From NCBI GenBank assembly GCA_019749875.1, contig JAIEPK010000091.1, positions 14,398 to 78,397 of the forward strand: DNA of 64,000 nucleotides, written 5' to 3'. The position numbers and the translations under genes were made by a program. The notes beneath the pieces were generated by a model. The model saw only the letters and a list, made by a program, of their open reading frames with translations, was not told the DNA's origin and ran no database searches. Shown here one piece after another: positions 9,018 to 17,778 of the stretch. Source of the stretch: Candidatus Binatia bacterium (GTDB taxonomy: Bacteria > Desulfobacterota > Binatia > UBA12015). Numbering within the stretch: position 1 is the first letter of the stretch; each line of letters starts with the position of its first letter.

Positions 9018-10469
9018 TCAGCGAGCCCCGCGGAGCGCTGCGAGCGCGCGGAGGTAGATGCGCCGGTTCCACACGATCCAGAACGCGACCAGCGCCATCG
9101 GGATCAGCCGTGCCGTCGTTGCGTCGTCGCCCGTCGCGAGGGCGACGGCGACGGCGAATCCCGGCAGGGTCACCGCGAGCAAGCGCGCGTTGTCGGGACG
9201 AATGCGGTAGCCGAGCGCGTCTCGATGGTAGACGAAGGTCACCACCAGCGTCGCCACGTTCGCGACACAGTACGCGAATGCAGCGGCCGTGGCGCCGAGA
9301 TGCGGGAGCAGCACGAGTGCCACTGCCGCCCACCCCGCCCAGTAGAAGACGGCCTGGAACAGCAGGAAGCCCAGACGCTCACGCGGCAGCAGCGAGATGT
9401 TCATCGATTGACGGAGCATCGCCACGAGCTCGCCGCCGAGCTGCCAGACGAGCATCGGTGCCGCGGCGAGGAACGCGCGTGTGTAGAGCACCGGCACCCA
9501 GGCGTCGCGCGTGCACAGCAGCACGACGATGCCGGGCGCCAGCACGGCGAGGACGAGCTGCAGGAAGTCGTCCTGCAGCGCCTGCACCGCCGCGGGATCG
9601 TGCACCGTCGCCGCGACCTTCGGCATGCCGTAGGTCCACAGCGAGGCGCTCAGGATGCCGAGGTAGTTCTGCCCGACCTGCCAGGCGACCTGATAGTAGC
9701 CGTTCGCCTCGGCACCGAAGCTGCCGATGATCGCTCCGCGCACCAGGAGCGCCGCGCCGGTCGCGACCATGCTGGTCGCCGCGAGCGCACCGGCGAGGCG
9801 AAACAGACGCCGCACGATGACGGGATCGAGGCTCTGCACGCGGATCCGGATCCCGCGCGGCCGCAGGACGAAGCGCCACACGAGCCATCCGCCGATCACG
9901 ACGCTCGCGCCCTCCGCGATCGCCAGGGCCGCGACGGCGCCCATCAAGCCAAAGAGCCGCACCAGCACGATGGTCGCGCCGAGACCGATCAACGAGTCCG
10001 CGATCGCGAGCTGCGCGTAAGCACGAAACTGCAGCGCACCGGAGAGAATGCGGAACACCAGCACCGCCGGCACCGCGAACACGAGCCCGATCGCTGCGAT
10101 GACGATCAGCGGGGCCAGGCTCGCGTCGTGAAACACCAGCCCCGCGACCCACGGCGCAACGAGGACGGCACCGCCGCCGAGCAGCAGCGCGAGGCCGCCG
10201 AAGAGCGCGAACGACGTCGCGAGGAGCCGCTCCAGCGTGCGCCGATCGTCGCGACCGACCGCCTCGGCGACCAGCTTGAGAAAGCCGTTGCCCACCCCGA
10301 GCAGCGCCGCTTGCCGCAGCACGTCCTGCAGCACGACGGTCTGTGCGACGAGACCGGTCCCGGCCGGACCGAGCAGTGCGGCGACGATCTTCACGCGCGT
10401 CGCGCCGATGACCATGAGGACGAGCTGCTGGCCGCTCAGCAGACCGATGGAACGGACGAGCTCGCTCAC
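9018..10469 (-). CDS. Polysaccharide flippase (Wzx/MOP superfamily)
   Basis: Many TM segments; KIVAALLGPAGTG and GYYQVAW motifs. Confidence 0.85.
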   Translation of the reverse strand: MSELVRSIGLLSGQQLVLMVIGATRVKIVAALLGPAGTGLVAQTVVLQDVLRQAALLGVGNGFLKLVAEAVGRDDRRTLERLLATSFALFGGLALLLGGGAVLVAPWVAGLVFHDASLAPLIVIAAIGLVFAVPAVLVFRILSGALQFRAYAQLAIADSLIGLGATIVLVRLFGLMGAVAALAIAEGASVVIGGWLVWRFVLRPRGIRIRVQSLDPVIVRRLFRLAGALAATSMVATGAALLVRGAIIGSFGAEANGYYQVAWQVGQNYLGILSASLWTYGMPKVAATVHDPAAVQALQDDFLQLVLAVLAPGIVVLLCTRDAWVPVLYTRAFLAAAPMLVWQLGGELVAMLRQSMNISLLPRERLGFLLFQAVFYWAGWAAVALVLLPHLGATAAAFAYCVANVATLVVTFVYHRDALGYRIRPDNARLLAVTLPGFAVAVALATGDDATTARLIPMALVAFWIVWNRRIYLRALAALRGAR

Positions 10470-10535
10470 CGGGGTCTCGGGCTAGCAGCGCGCTCGGGCG
10501 TACCACAAGGTCGCACCGACCCGAGGCGATCCCTG

Positions 10536-10880
10536 TCAATGCGTCAGACGGGCGCCTCCCAGCGCGTCGAAGTTGACGACGGCATCGCCCTCGCCGTCGA
10601 CGACCGAAACGATGCCCTGCGGCACGGCATGCTGCCAGGTGACCGCCCACTCTTCCGCCGCCGCGCGCCGCTGCTCGGCGGGTACGTCCCGCCAGCGCTC
10701 GCCGACCTGCACCAGCAGCAGACGCGGTAGGCCATCGAGCCGGTGCACGTCCACGATCCCGTACGCCTCGCGCAGCGCCGGAGCGCGCAGCTGCGCCACC
10801 ACCTCGTCGGCCGACACCGTGTGCGCACGCGCCGCCGTCCCGAGCACGAGCAGCCCCGTGCCGAGAACGACGGCGCGCAC
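10536..10880 (-). CDS. Small exported hypothetical protein
   Basis: Signal-peptide-like N-terminus ending ARA followed by an ordered domain; start uncertain. Confidence 0.55.
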   Translation of the reverse strand: MRAVVLGTGLLVLGTAARAHTVSADEVVAQLRAPALREAYGIVDVHRLDGLPRLLLVQVGERWRDVPAEQRRAAAEEWAVTWQHAVPQGIVSVVDGEGDAVVNFDALGGARLTH

Positions 10881-10912
10881 CAGGCGTGCGATCCGTCGTC
10901 GGCCGTGCGCCG

Positions 10913-13900
10913 TCAGTGCGCCGCTCCGGCCGCCTTCGCGCGATCGGCCTCGAGCTGCTTCACCTCCTCGGGCGGCAGCTGCTGACGGAGCGCCGCGTCG
11001 GCGGCGTCGGCCGGGATGCTGAAGCGATAGAGCGGGAAGTAGTCGCCGGTCGAGGTGTTCTTGTCGCGCTGGACCTTCTCGGCGAGCTCCTTCCCGGTCA
11101 CGACGGTACCGTCGGCGAGAACGTTGTCGCTGCCGTGCGCGCTCGCTTCGCGCGGCAACGTCAGCGCCGCGAGCGTGCTCGACAGCCAGCCGCGCAACGA
11201 CGCGAGCCACGTCTGATCCGCCCGCTCGAGGCGCGCGAATGCCGGGAGCTCGTCGTGCAGCAGCGTCGCCGTCGCCATGACCGGCAGACCGGGCGAATCG
11301 AAGCCGTCGCCGGCGAGGTCGACGAAGATGGGATTGGTGAAGCCGAGCGGGATCATGCCCGGCACGATCTTGTCGATGAGCGCGTCGGGCGTCGGCAGCG
11401 GCGACAGCTTCGCGCCCGCCTCGACGATGAAGTAGGTGTCGACCGCGAGGTTGACCGGGATCTCTGCGTCGAAGCGCGTGATCTTGCCGAGCGCCTGGCT
11501 GAACGGGCTCGCGGGCGGCGCGCCCACCTTCGGCGACGTGGTCGCGTCGAAGGTCAGCGTGGTGAAGCCGTTCGCGATCACGCGCACCTGGTCGACCGGA
11601 ATCCAGTTCGCGGCCTGCACCTCGATGCGCAGCCGCACCGTGCCGCTCGCCGGCACCAGTGTGCCGCCGAGCCCCGCCGAGGCGCCGATCGTGTCGAGCA
11701 CGGAGAAGCGGATGAACGGGCCGGTGGTCGCCATCATGTTGGCGGCCTTCACGTTCGCGTTGAAGGTCGTCGGGTCGAGCGTCGCGGGATCGTCGCCTGC
11801 GCCGCCGACGTACGTCCGCGCGTAGCCCGCGCTCTCGAGCGTGACCCGGTGCGAGTCCGAGGTGCCCGTGCCGCCGATGAACGGCACCGTCGGCGGATCG
11901 ATCTGGTTCAGCAGCGACAGCCAGTCGCGCCGCACCGCGATGTACGCCGGGATCTCGGTGCCGTTGAGGATCTCCATGACGTCGAAGTCGATGTTGCGCA
12001 GCCCGTCCGGGTTCGACACGCCCGACGTGCCCGGTCCGGTGACGTCGTCGTCGAGCAGCATGTCGTTGGGCGACGCCGCGAGCGGCAGGCTCGGGTCGTA
12101 ACCGAAGTTGTTGAAGAAGCCGATCGAGGTGATGCCGGAGACGCCGGCACGCACGTGGTTGTACTGGAGGACCTGCGCTCCCTGATCGCGCAGGCGCTTG
12201 AAGATCCAGTTCGGGGCGACGAACTCGTCCTCGATCGCGCCGTCGCGGCGTGCGTTCGCCTGCACGGTGAGCGGCCACGCGTTGATGTGTCCGGTGCTGT
12301 CCGGGAACGCGGGCGGGTTCGGCACCGAGCCCGTGACCTCGTTCCCGACCATGGACGTGATGCGGCTGCCGAGGTTCAGGTTGGCGATGATCGGCGCGTA
12401 ATCGACCTGGTAGTCGTGGTCGGTGCTGACCATCACCTCGACTCCCTCCGCCGCGAAGCCCGCGACGCGGTCCTGCAGCGGTGCGGTCGAGTCGAGGCTG
12501 CGCGCGGAGTGGATGTGGAAGTCGCCGGAGACGAAGCCGGCGGTGTCGACGGAGCGTCGCAAGCGGAAGTTGATCTTGCGCGTGCGCTGCGCGCGGACGT
12601 TGACGATCTTGCGGCGCAGCGAGTACTCGGGTCCGCGCGAGGCGTAGATTTCGTACTTGCCGGGACGCAGCTGCACGGTGCCGCTGCCGCTCGCGAGGAA
12701 GACCCAGTTCGCCTGCGCGGGTCCGCCGCCGAAGGTCTCCATGCGCAGGTCGACGTCCGGCCCGACGGTCGGGTCGCCGATCGCGATCACGTCGCTCTTG
12801 AAGCGCGGATCGACCGTGGGAGCCACGCCCTTGATGGTGATCTTCGCCGGCATGGCCGGATCGGGGCCGGCGACGGTCTCGAGGACCTTGAGATCGAGCG
12901 TGGCGAGCGCGCTCAGCTCCGGAACGGTCACTGCCGTGTTCGCCGCCGCATTGACCACGACGCCGGTCACGGTCACCGGGTCGCGCTCCGGCGAGCGAAC
13001 CTCGAGGCTGTACGTTCCGACCGGCAGCACGATTCCCGAGAACGCCCCGGTCGCGCTGGTGCGGAACTGCGTCACCGGCGTTCCGGGGCCGAAGACCGGC
13101 AGCGCGGCACCGCCGGTGCGTGTCGCGATGACGCTCGCGGCGACGTCGGTGGCGTCGGCGGCGTCGACCTCGCCCGAGATCGTCCCGGTCGCGAAACCGC
13201 GTCGTGCGGCGATCTCGGTGATCATCGGGTTCGCGACCGCCGCGACGTCGTTCTTGCTGCCGACGTAGATCCGCCGCTTGTACGTGAGGACGCCGCCGGG
13301 CTGCAGCGTCCCGAGCGGCGAGTTGCCGAATGCCGTCAGCAGATTGCTGCTCACCCCGAAGAGCGAATTGACGGCGGCAACCACCGGCGGATTCGGGCCC
13401 GCGCCGTCCTGGTCGATCGACGCCTCGTCACCGAGGATGCCGTAGGCGTTCTCGCCCGCGACCAGGTTGTTCGCCGGGTCGATGATCCCGTCCCCGGGGC
13501 CGGCGAGACCGGGCGCCGCAGCGAACGGCGGCAGCTCCAGTGCCGCCGCGATGTTCGAGAAGTCGAGCACCGCGTGCTTGAAGCCCTTGCCCGCGACCGG
13601 CGAGAACGGCACCTGCGCGCGTTGCGTCCACAGGCTCACATCGAGGAACCCGCCCAGCCCGGACGCCGGGTTGGTCGGATGGTTGTTGGTCACCGTCGTG
13701 GTGACGGTCAAGTACGGATCGGCGTTCGCCGCGGTGTACTCGGTCACGACGACCAGGTCGCTCGGCGGGACCGGCGTGGCGCCCTGATCGAAGCCGAGCA
13801 GATTGCCCGTGCAGGTGATCGTCGCCGAGGTCGGCGTCGACGACGCGCTCACGCCCGAGTAGACGATGAAGTTGCTCGTGCTCAGGCCCCCGACGGTGAA

Positions 13901-14242
13901 GATCTGCGTCAGGTGGTCGTTGTTCTGACCGTTGTTGCCGAGGTCGAGGACCGAGCAGCCCGAGAGCGCGAACTCGCTGACCTTGGGCGGTGCGGCCGGT
14001 CCGAGCAGCGGCACGAGATCGTCCTGCGGCCCGACGTCGTCGACGATCGCCTGGACCACGCCGTTCGAGACGTACCAGTCGTCGATGCCGCCATCCGCGT
14101 CGGTGCCCGCGAACAGGACCGAGGCCGCGTTCCCGGCGGTCACCCGCGTCGCGATCGGACTCGCCGTCGCGGGCGCGCTCGCAACGAGCAGCAACGAAGC
14201 CGACGCGACGATCGCGTGGCACGAAGAGCGCAGGTTTCGCAC
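10913..14242 (-). CDS. Secreted CehA/McbA-family PHP-domain metallohydrolase
   Basis: Signal peptide; ASRGPEY, GDFHIHS, STDHD, GHINAWP, NH, EILNG and SDSH motifs. Confidence 0.85.
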   Translation of the reverse strand: MRNLRSSCHAIVASASLLLVASAPATASPIATRVTAGNAASVLFAGTDADGGIDDWYVSNGVVQAIVDDVGPQDDLVPLLGPAAPPKVSEFALSGCSVLDLGNNGQNNDHLTQIFTVGGLSTSNFIVYSGVSASSTPTSATITCTGNLLGFDQGATPVPPSDLVVVTEYTAANADPYLTVTTTVTNNHPTNPASGLGGFLDVSLWTQRAQVPFSPVAGKGFKHAVLDFSNIAAALELPPFAAAPGLAGPGDGIIDPANNLVAGENAYGILGDEASIDQDGAGPNPPVVAAVNSLFGVSSNLLTAFGNSPLGTLQPGGVLTYKRRIYVGSKNDVAAVANPMITEIAARRGFATGTISGEVDAADATDVAASVIATRTGGAALPVFGPGTPVTQFRTSATGAFSGIVLPVGTYSLEVRSPERDPVTVTGVVVNAAANTAVTVPELSALATLDLKVLETVAGPDPAMPAKITIKGVAPTVDPRFKSDVIAIGDPTVGPDVDLRMETFGGGPAQANWVFLASGSGTVQLRPGKYEIYASRGPEYSLRRKIVNVRAQRTRKINFRLRRSVDTAGFVSGDFHIHSARSLDSTAPLQDRVAGFAAEGVEVMVSTDHDYQVDYAPIIANLNLGSRITSMVGNEVTGSVPNPPAFPDSTGHINAWPLTVQANARRDGAIEDEFVAPNWIFKRLRDQGAQVLQYNHVRAGVSGITSIGFFNNFGYDPSLPLAASPNDMLLDDDVTGPGTSGVSNPDGLRNIDFDVMEILNGTEIPAYIAVRRDWLSLLNQIDPPTVPFIGGTGTSDSHRVTLESAGYARTYVGGAGDDPATLDPTTFNANVKAANMMATTGPFIRFSVLDTIGASAGLGGTLVPASGTVRLRIEVQAANWIPVDQVRVIANGFTTLTFDATTSPKVGAPPASPFSQALGKITRFDAEIPVNLAVDTYFIVEAGAKLSPLPTPDALIDKIVPGMIPLGFTNPIFVDLAGDGFDSPGLPVMATATLLHDELPAFARLERADQTWLASLRGWLSSTLAALTLPREASAHGSDNVLADGTVVTGKELAEKVQRDKNTSTGDYFPLYRFSIPADAADAALRQQLPPEEVKQLEADRAKAAGAAH

Positions 14243-14366
14243 GGTTTCCCTCCCGACCTGCCCTGTGGGCGTTGTGGATCGGGGCGGAACCTATAAGCGC
14301 AGCTGCGCGCCGTGCAACCGAAAATTCATCGCGCGATCGTCCACGCGCGATCCGGCAGACCGGCGG

Positions 14367-15329
14367 CTACCAGCGACGGATCGGACCGCTGTCGAGGTGC
14401 AGGAAGCCCTCCGACGGGTAGTACCCCACACCGCCGGCGCGCATCGCGACCGCGACGTTGCGCAGCTGCCGGATGTCGCGACCGGGCAGCTGAATGTCGA
14501 TCGCCTGCCCCGTCATGTGGTAGCTGTGCTCGGCGACGCGGCCGCTGATCCTGCGGTAGCTCTCGTTCGTCGCCGGCGAGCGATAGCCCGAGAACACGTG
14601 GAACGGCTCGGTGCTGCCGAGCGCCCGGCGCAGGTCGAACAGCTGGTTCAGCACGCGCGGATCGAACTGGCAGATCTCGTCGTTGTGGTAGTCGCGCAGC
14701 AGGTGGTCGATCGCCTCGAGCGCGCCCGGCTCATAGCGGCCGTCGACGAAGTAGTCGACGTTGAGGCCCTCGCCGGTATGCACGCAGTAGAACGAAAGCT
14801 CCCGGCTCTCCGGCGCGTCCGCTCCGAACGAGAACGGTCGCGTCGGTGCGAAGTCTTCCGGTAGCGCGATCTCGGACTCGCGCTCGACCTCCTCGGCGCG
14901 TGCCGTCGTGACGACACGCCCGCGCGGAGTTTCGCGACGTGAGGCGACGCTGCTGCCCCCCTTCGACGCAGGCTCGGGCCTGCGGCTGGCGAGCTTGTCC
15001 GTCCCCTTGCGACCGGCCTTCGCCGTGCTCGTCGTCTTGCTGCTCGACGCCTGCGAACCCTTGCCTGCGGGCTTGCCGCTGCCCGCCTTCGCCGAGGTCC
15101 GCGACGTGCTGGAGCTTGCCTGCGACGCGCTCTTCGCGCCCTGCTTCGCCGGAGTTGCCGCCCTTCCGGTCGTACCGGTCGCCGCTTTCTTCACGGCGTT
15201 CGAGACCTTGGCGGCAAACGAAAGTTCCGGAAGAAGCAGGAGGCTTGCGACCACTCCCCCGCCGAGCCAGATGAACTGCCGCCGGCTCGCGGAAGACACA
15301 CCCATCCCCTCCAGTTCCGGTTCCGTCAT
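14367..15329 (-). CDS. mepK: YcbK/MepK-like peptidase M15 (DUF882) with Tat signal and long basic linker
   Basis: SRRQFI Tat motif; HTGE, LRD, SGYRSPATN, SYHMTGQAID and GGVGYYP..FLHLDSG motifs. Confidence 0.88.
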   Translation of the reverse strand: MTEPELEGMGVSSASRRQFIWLGGGVVASLLLLPELSFAAKVSNAVKKAATGTTGRAATPAKQGAKSASQASSSTSRTSAKAGSGKPAGKGSQASSSKTTSTAKAGRKGTDKLASRRPEPASKGGSSVASRRETPRGRVVTTARAEEVERESEIALPEDFAPTRPFSFGADAPESRELSFYCVHTGEGLNVDYFVDGRYEPGALEAIDHLLRDYHNDEICQFDPRVLNQLFDLRRALGSTEPFHVFSGYRSPATNESYRRISGRVAEHSYHMTGQAIDIQLPGRDIRQLRNVAVAMRAGGVGYYPSEGFLHLDSGPIRRW

Positions 15330-15504
15330 TCCCCCTCCCTGGGATTGATCGCACCGTGGCGACCCGGGCTCCCTCCCCCGGCTCACCCCTGCGTGGCGTC
15401 GTTCGTACAACACGAGGCTCCGGAGGTCCAGCCTCGGAAGCGATTTTTCGGGCCTCGCCCCGACCGACGGGTCAGGCCCGGAGCGCGCGGGGAGCGGGTC
15501 GCGG

Positions 15505-15529
15505 CGTCAAGAGTTTATTTTACTTGACG
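15505..15529. promoter_or_regulatory. Palindromic candidate operator upstream of mepK-like gene
   Basis: CGTCAAG-AGTTTATTTTA-CTTGACG: perfect 7-bp inverted repeat around an AT-rich spacer. Confidence 0.4.
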
Positions 15530-15535
15530 AGAGGC

Positions 15536-17263
15536 TCAAGGCTCGGCCTCGGCGACGCGCGCCACCGGAGCTGCATCGCCGGGCTGCGTCGCGCTGCCGG
15601 CGACCGGACGGATCGAGCGCGGCTTCGCGAGATCGCGCGCCAGCTCGGCGTCGCTGTCGTAGATGTCCTCGCGGAACTGCACCGTGCCGTCGTGATCGCG
15701 CCAGGCGGTCGCATAGACGATGTGCACGGGAACCGGCGAGTGCAGGTTCACGTTGCGCGTGCTCCAGTCGGAAAGAGCCTGCTTGCGCTTCCCCTCGTCC
15801 CATTCCGGCATGTCGCCGAGCAGGGCAGCGGCGAGCGCCGGGGCGTTGCCGACGCGCACGCAGCCGTGCGACAGCGAGCGCGACGTCAGCCGAAACTTGT
15901 CCTTGTTCGGCGTGTCGTGCAGGTACACGCCGAACGGATTGGGCATGTTGAACTTGACGCGGCCGAGCGGGTTCTTCGGCCCCGGAGCTTGCCGCAGCCG
16001 GCGCGGCGTGGTGACGACGCCGCCACCGTCGGTGATCCCGGAGCCCGCCGACGCGACCCGCGTGCCGCCGCGCCACGAGATGCCCTGCGCCGCGAAGTAG
16101 CCGCCGTCCGCCATGGCGCGCGGGATCAGCTCCTCGGCCGCGATGCGCGGCGGGACGTTCCACGGCGGGTTGTAGACCAGGTGCCGGATCTCGCTGCTGA
16201 AGACCGGCGTCTGCCAGGTCGGCTTGCCGACGATGACCGGCATCTCGAGCGTGGTCGTGCCGCGATCCTCGATGCGCAGCCGGAACTCCGGGATGTTGAT
16301 CCACACGTAGCGCTCGCCGAGGTCGCTCGGCAGCCAGCGCAGGCGCTCCAGATTGGCCACGATCTGATCGACACGCTGCGCCGCAGTGACGTTCAGCGCG
16401 TCTCGGGTCATGTTGCCGATCGTGCCGTCCGGGGTCAGCCCGTGACGCTTCTGGAACGACTTGACCGCCGCTTCGAGGTGCTTGTCGTAGAGGTCGCGCT
16501 GCGCCGCAGGCGGCACCGCGTCTGCGGCGAGGTCACCGCTGGCGAGCAGTCGATCGCGGACGCGACGCACGCTCGGGTCGATGGCGCCCGGCGTGAGCTT
16601 CGGCACGTCACCGACCTTCGGCCAGCCACCGCGGGCCGCGACCTGCCGGTAGTGAGCCAGGAGCTCGCGCATCGCGGCGTAGTCCGCGGTCGGCGGTGCG
16701 AGCCGCTGCATGCGCCCCGCGATCTCCACCGGCGGCGCCGCCGCGAGATCCAGCGCGATGGGCACCGGATCCGGATCGACCACCATGGGCTCGATCTCGG
16801 GGATCGCGACGCGCGGCCGCCGGGCGCCGGTACGCACGTGAACGCCGTAGCGCATCACCGCCTCGCTGAGCAGCAGGTCGAGCTCGGCGCGCCGCAGGGG
16901 CTCGGTGGCACCGCGTCGCGCCTCGATCAGCGCGATCCGGTAGGCCTGCGGCTCGAGCCCGTCGGCATCGACGTGCCGCAGGAACTCGACCACCGCGTCG
17001 ATGCGCGCATTGGCATCGGGAGCGGTGACCCAGAGCGCTGCCGACGCTCGCGTGTCGTAAAGTGCGCGCAGCGCCGCGACGTCGAGCTTGGTCCCGTCGA
17101 TGGACAGCGGGACCGGATCGGACAGCGACTGCGCGATCAACGGCGACAGCTCGTCGGCGCGCGCCGGCCGTGCGGCCAGGCCCAGCAGCAAGCCTTGCGC
17201 GAGCAGGATGGCGCACAGCCACCCGCGCCGCCTCCCGGCGCGACCACCCCCCGCACGCTGCAT
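15536..17263 (-). CDS. ldtD: L,D-transpeptidase YcbB/LdtD-like
   Basis: PG-binding FQKRHGLTPDG, NLERLRW, NP.WNVP, NPLGRVKF and YLHDTP...SHGCVRV; start approximate. Confidence 0.9.
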   Translation of the reverse strand: MQRAGGGRAGRRRGWLCAILLAQGLLLGLAARPARADELSPLIAQSLSDPVPLSIDGTKLDVAALRALYDTRASAALWVTAPDANARIDAVVEFLRHVDADGLEPQAYRIALIEARRGATEPLRRAELDLLLSEAVMRYGVHVRTGARRPRVAIPEIEPMVVDPDPVPIALDLAAAPPVEIAGRMQRLAPPTADYAAMRELLAHYRQVAARGGWPKVGDVPKLTPGAIDPSVRRVRDRLLASGDLAADAVPPAAQRDLYDKHLEAAVKSFQKRHGLTPDGTIGNMTRDALNVTAAQRVDQIVANLERLRWLPSDLGERYVWINIPEFRLRIEDRGTTTLEMPVIVGKPTWQTPVFSSEIRHLVYNPPWNVPPRIAAEELIPRAMADGGYFAAQGISWRGGTRVASAGSGITDGGGVVTTPRRLRQAPGPKNPLGRVKFNMPNPFGVYLHDTPNKDKFRLTSRSLSHGCVRVGNAPALAAALLGDMPEWDEGKRKQALSDWSTRNVNLHSPVPVHIVYATAWRDHDGTVQFREDIYDSDAELARDLAKPRSIRPVAGSATQPGDAAPVARVAEAEP

Positions 17264-17528
17264 GACCCCGCGGCCCATCCACCTGACTTCCGCGTTCGAA
17301 CATACACGGCCGGCAGGACGGAGGAAGGAAAAAGAGTGGCGTGGCGGCATCACATGGCCGAACGACGCGACACGCCCCTTGCCGAGCGTCCGCTGCCGTC
17401 GAAGACGCCCTGCCGGGAACGCGCTTGCCGCACCGGGTGCTGCGTCAGGCGCGTCCGGCCGAGCCAGCCGGACGCGCCGCGCGGCGCCGTGCGAGCGACT
17501 GCCGTGCGGCGGTCGTCGTTTCGGAAAG

Positions 17529-17572
17529 TGGAGCCGAAGAGAATCGAACTCTCGACCTCTTGAATGCCATTC
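17529..17572 (-). repeat. 3' half of tRNA-Ala(GGC); prophage attachment core
   Basis: Reverse complement GAATGGCATTCAAGAGGTCGAGAGTTCGATTCTCTTCGGCTCCA gives anticodon loop, T arm and 3' acceptor strand; the 5' half is absent and phage genes follow. Confidence 0.88.
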
Positions 17573-17778
17573 GGTCCTGTCAAGACGAGAGCCTCCTACA
17601 ACTACCGATAGGGGCGGTCCAGCCCCAGTCGGCACAACCGATGGTGTGCGTCGCATAGACGCGCGACCGGGGCGGCTCCTGACGTGAGCCGTTCTCGCAC
17701 ACTTCTGTCACACCGGGCGTCGTAGCGCCCGGCGGCGAGGTCGCTGGGTGGCGGCCTTCAGCACCGGAGGAAGCACAG

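Noticed and set aside
8028..10730. 900-aa plus-strand ORF
   Set aside because: Shadow of the creatininase and flippase genes.
10886..14296. 1136-aa plus-strand ORF opposite the PHP hydrolase
   Set aside because: Antisense shadow typical of high-GC DNA: Arg-rich, no motifs. Unlike the intein antisense ORF it shows no recognisable domains.
17529..17600. Intact tRNA-Ala
   Set aside because: The D arm and 5' acceptor strand are missing; only the att duplicate is present.
17264..17656. N-terminal extension of the L,D-transpeptidase ORF
   Set aside because: Runs across the tRNA fragment and att site; the signal-peptide-like segment starts near 17263.
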